From NCBI GenBank assembly GCA_004764695.1, contig SMSO01000025.1, positions 2,666,001-2,730,000 on the forward strand: a stretch of DNA of 64,000 nt, given 5' to 3'. Source of the DNA: Schizochytrium sp. TIO01. Lineage: Eukaryota > Protista > Bigyra: Labyrinthulomycetes. Made by a program: the position numbers and the translations under genes. The notes under the pieces are model-generated. The model did no database searches and was not told where the DNA came from. It saw nothing but the letters and a program-made list of their open reading frames with translations. Shown here piece after piece: positions 43,893 to 56,200 of the stretch; position 1 is the stretch's first letter, and each line of letters opens with the position of its first letter.

Positions 43893-45933
43893 CTTGAGTT
43901 TGCCATAGGTACTCTGCTTCTTGAGCCATCTCTTGCTCAGAATGAATGATGCATACAACGTTGCAGCTGGCCGAACAGCAGGCAAAGGACCCGGGCAAAA
44001 CATGATGGGTCGGGCCAGGTGGTTTGGGACTACTTCAGGCTTCGGGTTTGCCATCTATCCATCCCTCTTTGATTCATTCCTTGATTCCACTTTGCCACCG
44101 TGACGGCCTTCCCCAGAGGCGATGAACATTTCTTTCCTGCTGCTGCTAAAAGTAGGTAACTAACTCATTAACTCATTGCCATTTTCAATCAACCCAACTT
44201 CAGTGCGTCCGCCTTCAAGGCCTCCACCACTGCGAACACAGTCAGTCTCCAATCTCTCTCTTATCCTGGACATCCACGTTCTTCAGAATGAATGCACTGC
44301 GCTGCTGTGGTCCGTGCTCAGGTTGGATGTTGGCGTTAGTGCTTTTATAGGCGAGGTCAGGAGGTCTTTCTTAACAAGTTATGGACTTGAACAAATTATC
44401 ATGAACTTTATAGCTCAGCAAGAAGCTATGGACCTGTGTTGGTCGAATTAGAGGCCAAAGGAAACCTCAAAGGAGACCGAGGCTTCATTCCTCGCTAGCT
44501 TTAACTTCGTCCACCCAGTATCAGATCAGCTGTTCGCTACATTATTATTAATTGTATTCCTTTGTAAAATGTAAAATGCAGAATGTAAATTATGATGATC
44601 CCTGGAAGAAACACGCGCGCAAAGAATCCAAAAGGTTTCGAAGCTTCCTCTCGTCATCTTATAGGATCATCATCTCAAGCAAGCTCGAGTAAGAGCTTAG
44701 GTACCTGGGCATAAACCAGCTTCACTCCCATTTAGGAATTCACCGATTGTGAAGCACAACTCGATTCACCACTATCATAAGGTGCGATGCGTAAGATCGA
44801 TCAACGTGGCACAGCCAAATGACATTCAATAATTCGATCAAATGGCAGCCCTAATCCCTCGAGTGAGCTCTCGAGCGATCCTGAAACAAGGAGCTCCAGC
44901 CACTTAAACCTGAACCAAACGAAACCAGACAAACAAGAAAACAACCAAGAAAACAAACATACAAACAAGCTTTGCATTTTGCAACGAGTGAAGGCGTGAA
45001 CATGCAATCAAGCTGTACCTAGCTAGGCACCGCTGATGGGTTCAATTCGCTTGCGAACTGGCTGAAAAGAAGACAACTCAGAGTTCGTTTCGAGGCCTTT
45101 GATTCTCCTTTCTTAATAGAAATTGAAGTAAAGAAGAAATAGTTCTGCTATTGGGTTACTTTTATTTTACTCTTTGCAAGCTTCTCTTTAGGTGGAGGAT
45201 GATGATGTCAAAGAGAGAAAGTGTCAGAAAACTGACTAAATAAACCAACCCACGCGCTTTCAAAGTTCTTTTGCACAGCATAACAACTAATCGAGTGTTC
45301 ACACTCTTATGCTTCTTCTGTATCTCTCTCTCACACAAAGTAGTTTCTTTTTCCTGCACGACGCAATGTGTATTTAGTTTGTACCTACTACTACAAGTTG
45401 TCGCTTGCTTTGCGCTGGGATAGATGAGATTGATTATCATCGCATGAGTAGGTTTATACCAAGGTAGGCAGGGACCCGTTTTACGATGTGATAATAAACC
45501 TGAGGAGTGCGCGAAGCTGCGCATTTCGCATTGTTGTTCAAGCAAACAAAGAAGGCGTCTGGAAAGTGAAAACTAAAAGGTTTTCTTTTCTATTGTTGAA
45601 AAAAAAATTGCAAAAAAAAATATTTATGATGATCGTGGAAAATAGAAATAAAAAAATGGGAATGAAAAAAAAAAGATGGGAAGAAGAAGAAAGAGGAAAC
45701 AACCAATGACAATCAATAATCATCGAGCGATCGATTGACGGCGCTCAAGGACGCACGGGCGATCGATCCTGCGGCGCGCGGCAGCGGGCGAACGAGCGCT
45801 TGCGTCTGTTCGCTCTGCGCAAAGGTTCCCTGCTTGCGTGTTGTGTGCGCTTCTTTCGTGTGCGTGGTTTAGGCTATATCGAACTAGCTAGGACTCCTCC
45901 CGGCGCGATATTCATCGCGATCTCCTTCTACCC

Positions 45934-47019
45934 ATGACAGGTCTCGAAGCCGCTGCGGCGTCGAAATCGACATGGTTCACACGGCTTCAGGCGTCTCAGA
46001 ACGCACAGAAGGAGCCCAAGAGCCTGGACTGCGATGTGCGGTCGCGGCTCCTGCGCGGAGCCAATGTGAAGTCTCTATGGCGTGAGCTGCGGCAGGCGCT
46101 GGGTGAGGACGAACTCGAGCGTGTAGCCAGGCAGGGCTGGGATCTGCAAAGACAAGCCGTCAACCTTCCAGCATCCTCTGAGGGCGAGGATGCTGTCACC
46201 ACAGCGACTACAGGCTCCTCAGAGTCTGGAGAAGGTCGAAGTTCTTATCAGAACCAGGATCAACACGGAATTAATCACTATCAACACCAGTATCACATCG
46301 ACAACCAGGAGCAAAACTCCAAGCAAAACTACGATCAGCGACAACAACATCACGGTCAACAAAACAACTTTGGCCAGAGCTATAGCCAAAACCAGCTACA
46401 GCACCAACCAAACTACAGCTATGGGTCGACTCAGTTTGATGGGCAACAGGTGCAGTCACAACAAACTAAGGTTGAGAATGATGTGAACACCTTTGGTGCC
46501 GGAAACACGTCCCAAAGTATCTCGTTCACATTCAACCCTTCAAACTTCGACCTGGAAATGGAAGATTCTGAAGACGATGACGCGTATGGGGCTAACCAAC
46601 GTGATGACGGCAGTTTTGTGTTTAGAAACAGCTACGAATATAACAATCTAGCCAACGACGCGAATGACCACTCTGCACACAATGGATACGCAAACTCACC
46701 ATACAGCCAAAATACCTGGAGTTCGCCACAACCTCCAGCCAATATGTACATGAATCCGGACCAAGCTCCCAACGAGCAATACAACCACTACACGGCAAAC
46801 CCTACGAGCAGCGCCAACCCTGACAACTTTCCCGCCGTCGTTGCTGCCCGCGTTAAACGGGGCATCAGCAACGTACATGATATGGCAGCGCCAGACTATT
46901 ATAGCCATGGAGGATCTGCCTCTTCTTCGAGCACAACTAGTTGGGGTGCTACTGCAAGCAACACTCCATCTAACAACACTTACACCTCCCCCCAATATAA
47001 GCGCCGTTTCTTGTCATAA
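45934..47019 (+). CDS. Uncharacterised Q/N/Y/S-rich disordered protein (361 aa)
   Basis: ATG-initiated 361-aa ORF downstream of a CpG-rich promoter-like island (~45725-45930). Short helical N-terminal region, long Q/N-rich tracts and a C-terminal SPQYKRRFLS. Confidence 0.8.
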   Translation: MTGLEAAAASKSTWFTRLQASQNAQKEPKSLDCDVRSRLLRGANVKSLWRELRQALGEDELERVARQGWDLQRQAVNLPASSEGEDAVTTATTGSSESGEGRSSYQNQDQHGINHYQHQYHIDNQEQNSKQNYDQRQQHHGQQNNFGQSYSQNQLQHQPNYSYGSTQFDGQQVQSQQTKVENDVNTFGAGNTSQSISFTFNPSNFDLEMEDSEDDDAYGANQRDDGSFVFRNSYEYNNLANDANDHSAHNGYANSPYSQNTWSSPQPPANMYMNPDQAPNEQYNHYTANPTSSANPDNFPAVVAARVKRGISNVHDMAAPDYYSHGGSASSSSTTSWGATASNTPSNNTYTSPQYKRRFLS

Positions 47020-47545
47020 ACAGCGCACGCCTCTATTCACCTCACATTTCTTTCCCTTCATGTTGCCTCACCTGTCAGTGCAGTCTTGGCTGCTCATAAA
47101 AGTTCTACAATAGAGGCACTCTTTGGTACATTTTCCATATTTTTTTGGTTCACATTATCAAAATTTAATAGAAGTCTCTTCTTAAAAAATAATGCACGAA
47201 AATGAAATGCAACAAACGCAGTCACGCGCACACAAACACAAATATATCGCAAATCACCTATAAATATATAACGCATGAACCTTTATTACTATTGTTAGTT
47301 TGTACGAAAGCAATCCTAATTTTATTAGGTGATTTGTCTCTTGTTTTGAAGCTTTAGATGCTTCATTACACTACCTACACTTAGCCTAGTTATACTTGTT
47401 TCCGTTTTTGTTTTTTCAAGGGGGGGGTTATCTGCAACCCTATCCAACGAAGAGTCTGTAATTCAATCAAACAGGTTAAGAGAAATCAAGATTAAAGTCA
47501 ATTTTATACTTACAAATTTTAATATATCGCATCTTCAATATTCTG

Positions 47546-49714
47546 TCATATATTCGTTCGCTGTTTAGTTGGCCAGCCAATTTGGATGCTTTGGTGCAAC
47601 ATCCCATTCGTTTTCACCTGGGCCTGAAGACGCCCCATTAACTCTTTTACTTGATACCTGATTTGAAGAATTTTATTAGTTTTGTAAGGATAACATGGAT
47701 CTCCAAACAGCTCAGTTAGACTTTCGGATGCCTCAATACACAAAATTCGACCAGCACGTTGCCTAATGCGCTCTTCCAGGATTGGCTGTACATTGAACTG
47801 TTTCTTTGGATCTGTGGGATGACCATATATCGCGGCAAGAATCAAGATCGACGGTGTCACTGGTCGCGCATCTACATGTACATCTTCTCGAATGGAGTAC
47901 TCAGAGTTTGTGAATACGTGCACCTCTCGCAAAACATTGTTTGCGCGTAGCTCTAGGTGAAGCATCAAATCCTGCTTACGGAATTTCTCACGCCACATGT
48001 GTTCATCCTTGATCTGGGAAAGTGCATGAAAAATATCACTACCCGCGTGAAGGGTTAGAGTGTCACCTCCTTGCGAAGCAATAAGGCCGCGCACCTGGTC
48101 TGCTACATCAATGGACAAAGTTTCTGTAATAGTGTTCATTGATGCTTGGCGATGAGATCCCCTGGTTCTTCTTTTGTGTTTGCTAAACGCAGCATAGTTG
48201 ATAAGCTGGGCACGCCGATCAACGAATCCTCCATTTGACCGACCAAGACTTGATTTGGTTGTAAGTGTTGCGGAGTTGACAATAATATGAGGCCCAACCA
48301 CAGGAGCGGCAACGTAGACACGGTTTACAAGCTTATCATGTGCTTCAGGTGCAAGGATCTCACCCTCGCGAGCGTCAACCTTGTACGTGACCTTGAACAC
48401 TTTTTCAATCGCTTTAGTTGGGTCGCCAAATATGTCATTCAACTGATCTTCGTTTGTCAAGCGCAAGTACTGGCCTCGGCCACGCATGTCCACCAAGCCT
48501 TGCACCTTTTCTGTTACATTAAAGGCACACGAGAAATCATGTAGATGGCCGTACAGAGCCTTTATCACAGTCAAACGAGAACCAACATCTAGAGAACGCC
48601 CCGCCACTGTGGTTCGCTGCTTTGATGCAACTGGTGGAACTTCTACTAAAATCGGCTCGGTCAGAGAGTAGCCTTCATCATCCAGGAGTCGAGCGGATAC
48701 CTCACCAACAACACCCTGCAAACAATATCGAATACGCAAAAACTTTGTTTCCCCAGGACACGGGTCCTGAGGTCTGCCAAATTCTGGTTCGAGTAACTCC
48801 AAAATATTTACATCTGATGGTATGTAAAATCGCTGGCCGCCATATTTACTGAGAATTTGATTGATGGAATTGATAACATCTCGGGCTTTTCCTGGCTCGC
48901 TACGGTGACCAATCATCGCAACTAAAATTGATAAGGGCGCTTGAGAGAGCGACATAATTGCTTGGAATGAATTCTTTAACCACCTTTTACGCCCCGGTCC
49001 CTGCTTTGCGATATCCAGCCCAAACGTAGGTTCAATGATATTTGTGATAATTTCTGTACTTAAAGGGTCCTTTTTCAATGTGCCTTTTTGTTCTCTGCGA
49101 AGCCAAACTTGTCGGGCGCGTTCAAGAATGATGGTATCTGCAGTCCCGATAGAAGACTCTTTCTCAAGCTTTTTCGCAGCTTCGACTTTCTCGTCATGAG
49201 TTAATTCGCGTTGCTCTTCGATCTCATCCTCATTATCCTCAGGATCCCGAAGCTGAATCTCGTGGATCTCACAATATGGCTCATCGTATTTGCCGTATGT
49301 GAGTTTTCCAAATCTCGCAACAATCCGATTGTGACCTTTGCAAAGGTCTGTGTGGCCGACACGGCGTCTTTCACATCGTCTTGCCTCCCCGTTAATGTTG
49401 ATACGAGCCGCACAAAGCGAATATGGGAGTTTATCTGGCATTGAGGGATGCGGAGTCGGTATAGAGAGAGCTGAAGGCTCTGGAATTTGGTAATCGCACA
49501 ATGGGCATTGTAAATACATATATCGTGAGGACATCGAAGGGAAGGTGATGAGTTTGCCACAATTCCTGCATCTTTCTAATGTTTTCAACTGGCTGACCTG
49601 CTTGCGCAAAACGCCTTCTGCTGCGGCACGTCTTCTCTGATGCCTTTTATTTTGCTCTACATCCCCATTGATATGTACACTTGGTCTGCGTAACGCGAGA
49701 TTACCATTGTCCAT
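47546..49714 (-). CDS. Protein with N-terminal Cys/His Zn-binding motifs and ~4 DUF3395/DNAJC11-C-like beta domains
   Basis: CRNC..CPLC and C..C..C..H motifs at the N-terminus. Repeated I..A.YGH......FNV...V...(FG)DP(C)....K.L.I.Y units, e.g. VIKALYGH...FNV...FGDPTKAIEKVFKVTY and ILAAIYGH...FNV...FGDPCYPYKTNKILQIRY. Confidence 0.8.
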   Translation of the reverse strand: MDNGNLALRRPSVHINGDVEQNKRHQRRRAAAEGVLRKQVSQLKTLERCRNCGKLITFPSMSSRYMYLQCPLCDYQIPEPSALSIPTPHPSMPDKLPYSLCAARININGEARRCERRRVGHTDLCKGHNRIVARFGKLTYGKYDEPYCEIHEIQLRDPEDNEDEIEEQRELTHDEKVEAAKKLEKESSIGTADTIILERARQVWLRREQKGTLKKDPLSTEIITNIIEPTFGLDIAKQGPGRKRWLKNSFQAIMSLSQAPLSILVAMIGHRSEPGKARDVINSINQILSKYGGQRFYIPSDVNILELLEPEFGRPQDPCPGETKFLRIRYCLQGVVGEVSARLLDDEGYSLTEPILVEVPPVASKQRTTVAGRSLDVGSRLTVIKALYGHLHDFSCAFNVTEKVQGLVDMRGRGQYLRLTNEDQLNDIFGDPTKAIEKVFKVTYKVDAREGEILAPEAHDKLVNRVYVAAPVVGPHIIVNSATLTTKSSLGRSNGGFVDRRAQLINYAAFSKHKRRTRGSHRQASMNTITETLSIDVADQVRGLIASQGGDTLTLHAGSDIFHALSQIKDEHMWREKFRKQDLMLHLELRANNVLREVHVFTNSEYSIREDVHVDARPVTPSILILAAIYGHPTDPKKQFNVQPILEERIRQRAGRILCIEASESLTELFGDPCYPYKTNKILQIRYQVKELMGRLQAQVKTNGMLHQSIQIGWPTKQRTNI

Positions 49715-50248
49715 TTCACTTTCGTGTAAAGGCCTTTGCTGCCCGCGTTGACACGCCAGGGGTCGGATTTATATAGCTACACAGATATTACAGCCCGCTG
49801 GATTTCTGTACTGAGCACGTCAGTCGAAATTAGAAGTAAAGGTTGCTTTTATTTTATTTTATTCTTTCTTCAGGTAGAAGTCGCAACAGACCTCACATTA
49901 ATGTTAAACGGATACTTCATTTAAAAATAAAATTATATATATAGATGAAAAAAAAGTTCGAAACAAAAATGAAAATTAGTGGAAAAGGATAGTGGCAGCA
50001 TCTGTGATTCCATTTTGCACATCGACAATATAAGCTGAAACTAATTATAAGGGAAATGAAAGATGTAGAAAAATTAAAGGGAAAAGAAATGCAAGCAACA
50101 ATTCTAAGAAATGGTTGGATAATGTCAAAAGTTGTATGGTGCTCTGCAAACTATAAGAGTTATAAAATTATCTATCACGGATTGTTATGATGTAATATAA
50201 TTAATAACCAAACACAAGCTTCTTTTTCATAATAAATATCAAAATGCT

Positions 50249-53200
50249 TTAGAAGATGTCGTCACATTGGTCCTGCAAAGCGGTTTCTGAGACACCAAAC
50301 TCGATAGACTCGACGATTTGCTCATCAAGATCAATTTTAATGTGTGCCACAGGTGTATCCTCGCTTCTGTCTTCTGCATCCTTGGCGTCTTCTGTTGAAA
50401 TCTTGCTTCCACCATCGTTGGACAACTCGCAACTTCCGGATTCAAGCGAGGCAACACTCTCAACTTCAGAAGGTACACTAATCTCTTCATTGTGTAGTAC
50501 TGAACCCTCAGCGCCTTCTTCATCCTCTTCTTCCTCGAAATCGTCCTCGAAATCTTCGCCGTATTCATCATCAGACTCGTCACCCTCTCCCTTATCTTCA
50601 TCGCTATCTTCATCCAACATACTATTTTTGCTGAAGTTCGAGTGATCGTTTCTCGTTTCCAAGCTTTTCCTGTCCTCAGCTTCATTTACACCGACTTTGT
50701 TCGAGTAATCACTTAGTGAAACATCGTCTTTGTTTCCGATAACATTAGCAATATTAACACCAAATTCCTCATCAGAGTCAAACGAAGCATCAAAAGATCC
50801 CATTGAGCTGTACGGTTCCTCCTGTGTCGAACTAGCTTCTACCAATGAATTCCTATCGGCGATGGCTGCATGTGGGGCCTTGTCATATTCAACAACTTTG
50901 CCTTTGTCAGAGTGACTGGATTCGGATAGCGAGCCTGCATCTTCTTCATGCTCCTCTTCTTGCAAAGAACTATGTACGGAGCCACGGAAGCTTCCTTCAT
51001 TGGTTTCAGAAGAGAGGAGGCCTACTCTTCCGGAGCTTGCCAACCTTTCATGTGCTTTACCATAACCCTTGTTTTGATCTCTGGTAACAGATTCATGTAC
51101 ATCAGACTGGTTACCTTCCTCACTCTTCGAGGCATTAACTTTCTCTGCATATGGATGTGACCCACCAACCGTGTTGTCCATGTGAAAATGTTTGTGGACC
51201 CCAGAGCTTGGAGCAAAAGAAAAGTCCTCCTCATCTTCACTTTCATCGTTTGTATGCTCTGCTTCTTCAACATTGTGAGAATCGATGGAGCCTTCATGAT
51301 TTGTCGAGTGTGAGTACTGATCCCTTGAGGACGTTCTCAAAGGTCCGACACCAGCTTGGTCTTCGTCACTAAATTGACTAAAGTTGCTTTGTCTCTCATG
51401 ATCTTCCTTTGGTGAGACGGAGAACTCTCCTCCATCAGAATCTTCATGAAGGGAGTGCTGTACAGAATCTATAGTCGGGGTGCCTTCGGTAGCTTTCGAA
51501 ATGATGTCTTGGGTAAGGAAGGAGTTATTTTGGTAATCATAACTTAGAGAAGGTTTTTGAGCAGCTTCTTCTCTGCCAGCAGCCTCCCTAGAATGAGGAC
51601 TGACACTTTCTGTCTCAGACCGATTTTCATCCTCCATGCCGTCTCCATCTTTCGCGATGGCTTGTGCAGGAGATTTAGAGCCAAAATGAACACCAAAACC
51701 TTCTACTTCCATCTCTGACCCGAACGAAGAAGGACTTGAACTCATGGGAGAACCCTTGTGGGTTGACTTAGTTTGGAATGCAAAACGCTCAGCTTCTTCC
51801 TCTATATCGTCATTGTCATCATCCTGTTCTTCCTCATTCGCCAGCTCGTGATTATAACTTTCTTCATCATCTTCTTCATCCGAATGCCCTGCGTTGGAGA
51901 TCGATTTAGAGACCTCCGAAGAACGAGACTTGCCTGAGAGAGGCTCTTGTACTTGGGTATTGTTTCCAGTGGCTGGCGACTTGCTACCATGGCTGTGAAA
52001 CTCGCTGGCATCTTCTGAAGTGCGATTGTTCGCACTGAAGTCCCCGTCTTCATCATCACCTTCGCTGTCTGTGCTATCTTTTGCAATAAACTGTGGTAGA
52101 GGCTTTGAGCCAAACTGCACACCAAATCCTTCCATGTCTGACTCCAACGAATTTGGACTTGAGCTTGTGGGAGAGGCCTTAAGGATCGACCTCGATTGTG
52201 AAGAAATGCTTTCTACCTCTCCGTTTTCATTATTGACGTTATCGCTGTCTTCTGCCTTATCATGGTTATAGTCTTCTTCTTCGTCCTCTAAATGACTTGC
52301 TCTGGAGGCTGATTTAGAAAGCTTCGAAGAATGCGACTTGGCTGAGAGGGGTTCTTGCAACTGCATATTGTCTCCAATGGCTGGTGACTCGCTATGCCGG
52401 CTGTTCGATTCACAAAGATCTTTTGCAGTGTGATTTTCTACATCGAAGTCCCCGTCTTCACCCTCGCTATCGCTGTCGCTGTCATCTTTAGTATTAGCCT
52501 GTGCGAGAGGCTTTGAGCCAAGTTGTACACCAAATCCCTCCGTGTCAGACTCAAACGAATACGGACTGGGGCTCAATCTGGAAGACTCGTGGTTCGACGT
52601 AGCAACCTTCTCTACTTCTTCATCTTCTTCGTTACTCACATCCTCTGTCAGCTCACGGCCATAGTTTTCTTCTTCGTCCTCTGAGTGGCTTTCGTTAGAA
52701 AGCTTCGATGAATGAGACTTGCCTGAGAGAGGTTCTTGCAGCTGTATATTATCTGCTATGTCTGAGGACTCGCTCCGATGACTGACAGAGTCTTCAGCGT
52801 CTTCGTCCACGTGACTACTCTCAACCTCATTGTTACCGCCATCTTCTGTCATATCATAGTCATAGCTCTCTTCTTCATCCTCTGAATGGATCCCATTGGA
52901 GGTTGGTTTATAAATCTTCGATGAATGAGACTTGCCTGAGAGAGGTTCTTGGATTTCTAAATGGTCTTCAAATGACGGTGACTCGCTATGATGACTTGCG
53001 AACTTTTCATTATCCTCATCTTCGCTGTCATCCTTCTCGTCATTACTATCTTCTTCGGTAGTAGCCTGTGTGAGAGGCTTTGAGCCAAGCTGGACACCGA
53101 ATCCTTCCATGTCCGACTCAAACGAATACGGACTTGAGCTCATAGGAGAAGCCTTGTGAATCGGTTGAGATTGTGAAGCAAGACTCTCTACCTCTTCTTC

Positions 53201-56200
53201 TTCACTGTCATCGTTATCGCCATCTTCCTTAAGTTCATGGTCTTCTTCAGAGCTCTCTTCTTCATCTTCTGAATGGCTCACGTTGGAGGCTGATTTAGAA
53301 AGCTTCGATGAACGAGACTTGCCTGAGAGAGGTTCTTGGATTTCTACATGGTCTTCAAATGACGGCGACTCGCTATGATGACTTGTAGACTCTTCAATAT
53401 CCTCACCCCCGCTGTCTTCCTTCTCGTCATTACTATCATCTTCGGTAGTAGCCTGTGTGAGAGGCTTTGAGCCAAGCTGGACACCGAATCCTTCCATGTC
53501 CGACTCAAACGAATACGGACTTGAGCTCATAGGAGAAGCCTTGTGAATCGGTTGAGATTGTGAAGCAAGACTCTCTACCTCTTCTTCTTCACTGTCATCG
53601 TTATCGCCATCTTCCTTAAGTTCATGGTCTTCTTCAGAGCTCTCTTCTTCATCTTCTGAATGGCTCACGTTGGAGGCTGATTTAGAAAGCTTCGATGAAC
53701 GAGACTTGCCTGAGAGAGGTTCTTGGATTTCTACATGGTCTTCAAATGACGGCGACTCGCTATGATGACTTGTAGACTCTTCAATATCCTCACCCCCGCT
53801 GTCTTCCTTCTCGTCATTACTATCATCTTCGGTAGTAGCCTGTGTGAGAGGCTTTGAGCCAAGCTGGACACCGAATCCTTCCATGTCCGACTCAAACGAA
53901 TACGGACTTGAGCTCATAGGAGAAGCCTTGTGAATCGGTTGAGATTGTGAAGCAAGACTCTCTACCTCTTCTTCTTCACTGTCATCGTTATCGCCATCTT
54001 CCTCAAGTTCATGGTCTTCTTCATAGCTCTCTTCTTCATCCTCTGAATGGCTCACGTTGGAGGTTGATTTAGAAAGCTTCGATGAACGAGACTTGCCTGA
54101 GAGAGGTTCTTGGATTTCTGCATGGTCTTCAAATGACGGCGATTCGCTATGATGACTAGTAGACTCTTCATTATCCTCTGCATCGTGTCTGCTCACGCTT
54201 TGATCTTCATCCTCGCTGTCATCCTTCCCATCATTGTTATCATCTTCGGTAGTAGCCTGTGTGAGAGGTTTTGAACCAAGCTGGACACCAAACCCTTCCA
54301 TGTCTGACTCAAACGAATACGGACTTGAGCTCATAGGAGATGCTTTCTGGATCAACTTACGTTGCGAAAGAAGGCTCTCCACGTCTTCCTCCTCCTCGTC
54401 GTTGTGAGCGTCATACTGCTCTTCCTCCTTCATCCGCCCATTGTCATCGATCTCTTCTTCATGTTCTGAAAGATTCAGTGGGGAAGCAATTTTAGAATGA
54501 TCCGACGAGTGGGACTTGCCTGAAAGGGGCTCGTGTAACTGCATATTATCTCTAATGACTGGCGACTCCCTATGATAATTGACAGACTCTTCAGTGTTTT
54601 CATCCTCGTGACTAATTTCATCCTCATCTTTGCCATCACCGCTTGCAGCAATTGCTGAAACAGGAGGCTTTGAGCCAAGCTGTACACCAAATCCTTCCAT
54701 GTCTGACTCAAACGAAAACTGACTTGAGTTCATGGGAGAGGCCTCATGGATCGATTGAGATTGTGAAGCAAGGCTCTCTACCTCGTCGCCATCGTTACCT
54801 CCATCTTCTGCCATATCATGGTCACAGCTCTCTTCTTCATCTTCTGAGTGGCTCACATTGGAGGCTGATTTAGAAAGCTTCGATGAACGAGACTTGCCTG
54901 AGAGAGGTTCTTGGATTTCTACATGGTCTTCAAATGGCAGCGACTCGCTATGATAACTTTCAGACTCTTCATTATCCTCTGCTTCGTGTCTGCTCACGCT
55001 TTGATCTTCATCCTCGCTGTCATCCTTCTCATCATTGTTATCATCTTCGGTAGTAGCCTGTGTGAGAGGCTTTGAACCAAGCTGGACGCCAAACCCTTCC
55101 ACGTCTGACTCAAACGAATACGGACTTGAGCTCATTGGGTTGGCTTTCGAGTGTGACTTTGACTGCGAAGCAAGGTTTTCTAGCTCTAGCTCTTCCTCTT
55201 CATCCTCCGAATGGTTCACACTGAAGGTTGATTTAGAAAGCTTCGATGAACCAGACTTGCCTGAGAGAGGCTCTTGCGACTGCATCTTATCTCCAATGAC
55301 TGGCGAATCACTACGATGACTGATAGAATCTTCACTGTTTTCATCGCCATGACTACTCTCAACCTCATCCTTGCCATCGCCACTTCCAGAGATGGCTGGG
55401 ACAGGAGGCTTTGAACCGAGTTGTACACCAAATCCTTCCGTGTCTGACTCAAACGAATACGGACTTGAGCTCATAGGAGAAGCCTTGTGTGATGACTGAG
55501 ATTGTGAAGCAAGGCTCTCTACCTCTTCTTCTTCGCCGTCATCGTTATCGCCATCTTCCTCAAGTTCATGGTCTTCTTCATAGCTTTCTTCTTCATCCTC
55601 TGAATGGTTCACATTGGAGGCTGATTTAGAAAGCTTCGATGAACGAGACTTGCCTGAGAGAGGTTCTTGGATTTCTACATGGTCTTCAAATGACAGCGAC
55701 TCGCTATGATGACTTGCAGACTCTTCATTATCCTCTGCATCGTGTCTGCTCACGCTTTGATCTTCATCCTCGCTGTCATCCTTCTCATCATTGTTATCAT
55801 CTTCGGTAGTAGCCTGTGTGAGAGGTTTTGAACCAAGCTGGACGCCAAACCCTTCCACGTCTGACTCAAACGAATACGGACTTGAGCTCATTGGGTTGGC
55901 TTTCGAGTGTGACTTTGACTGCGAAGCAAGGTTTTCTAGCTCTAGCTCTTCCTCTTCATCCTCCGAATGGTTCACACTGAAGGTTGATTTAGAAAGCTTC
56001 GATGAACCAGACTTGCCTGAGAGAGGCTCTTGCGACTGCATCTTATCTCCAATGACTGGCGAATCACTACGATGACTGATAGAATCTTCACTGTTTTCAT
56101 CGCCATGACTACTCTCAACCTCATCCTTGCCATCGCCACTTCCAGAGATGGCTGGGACAGGAGGCTTTGAACCGAGTTGTACACCAAATCCTTCCGTGTC

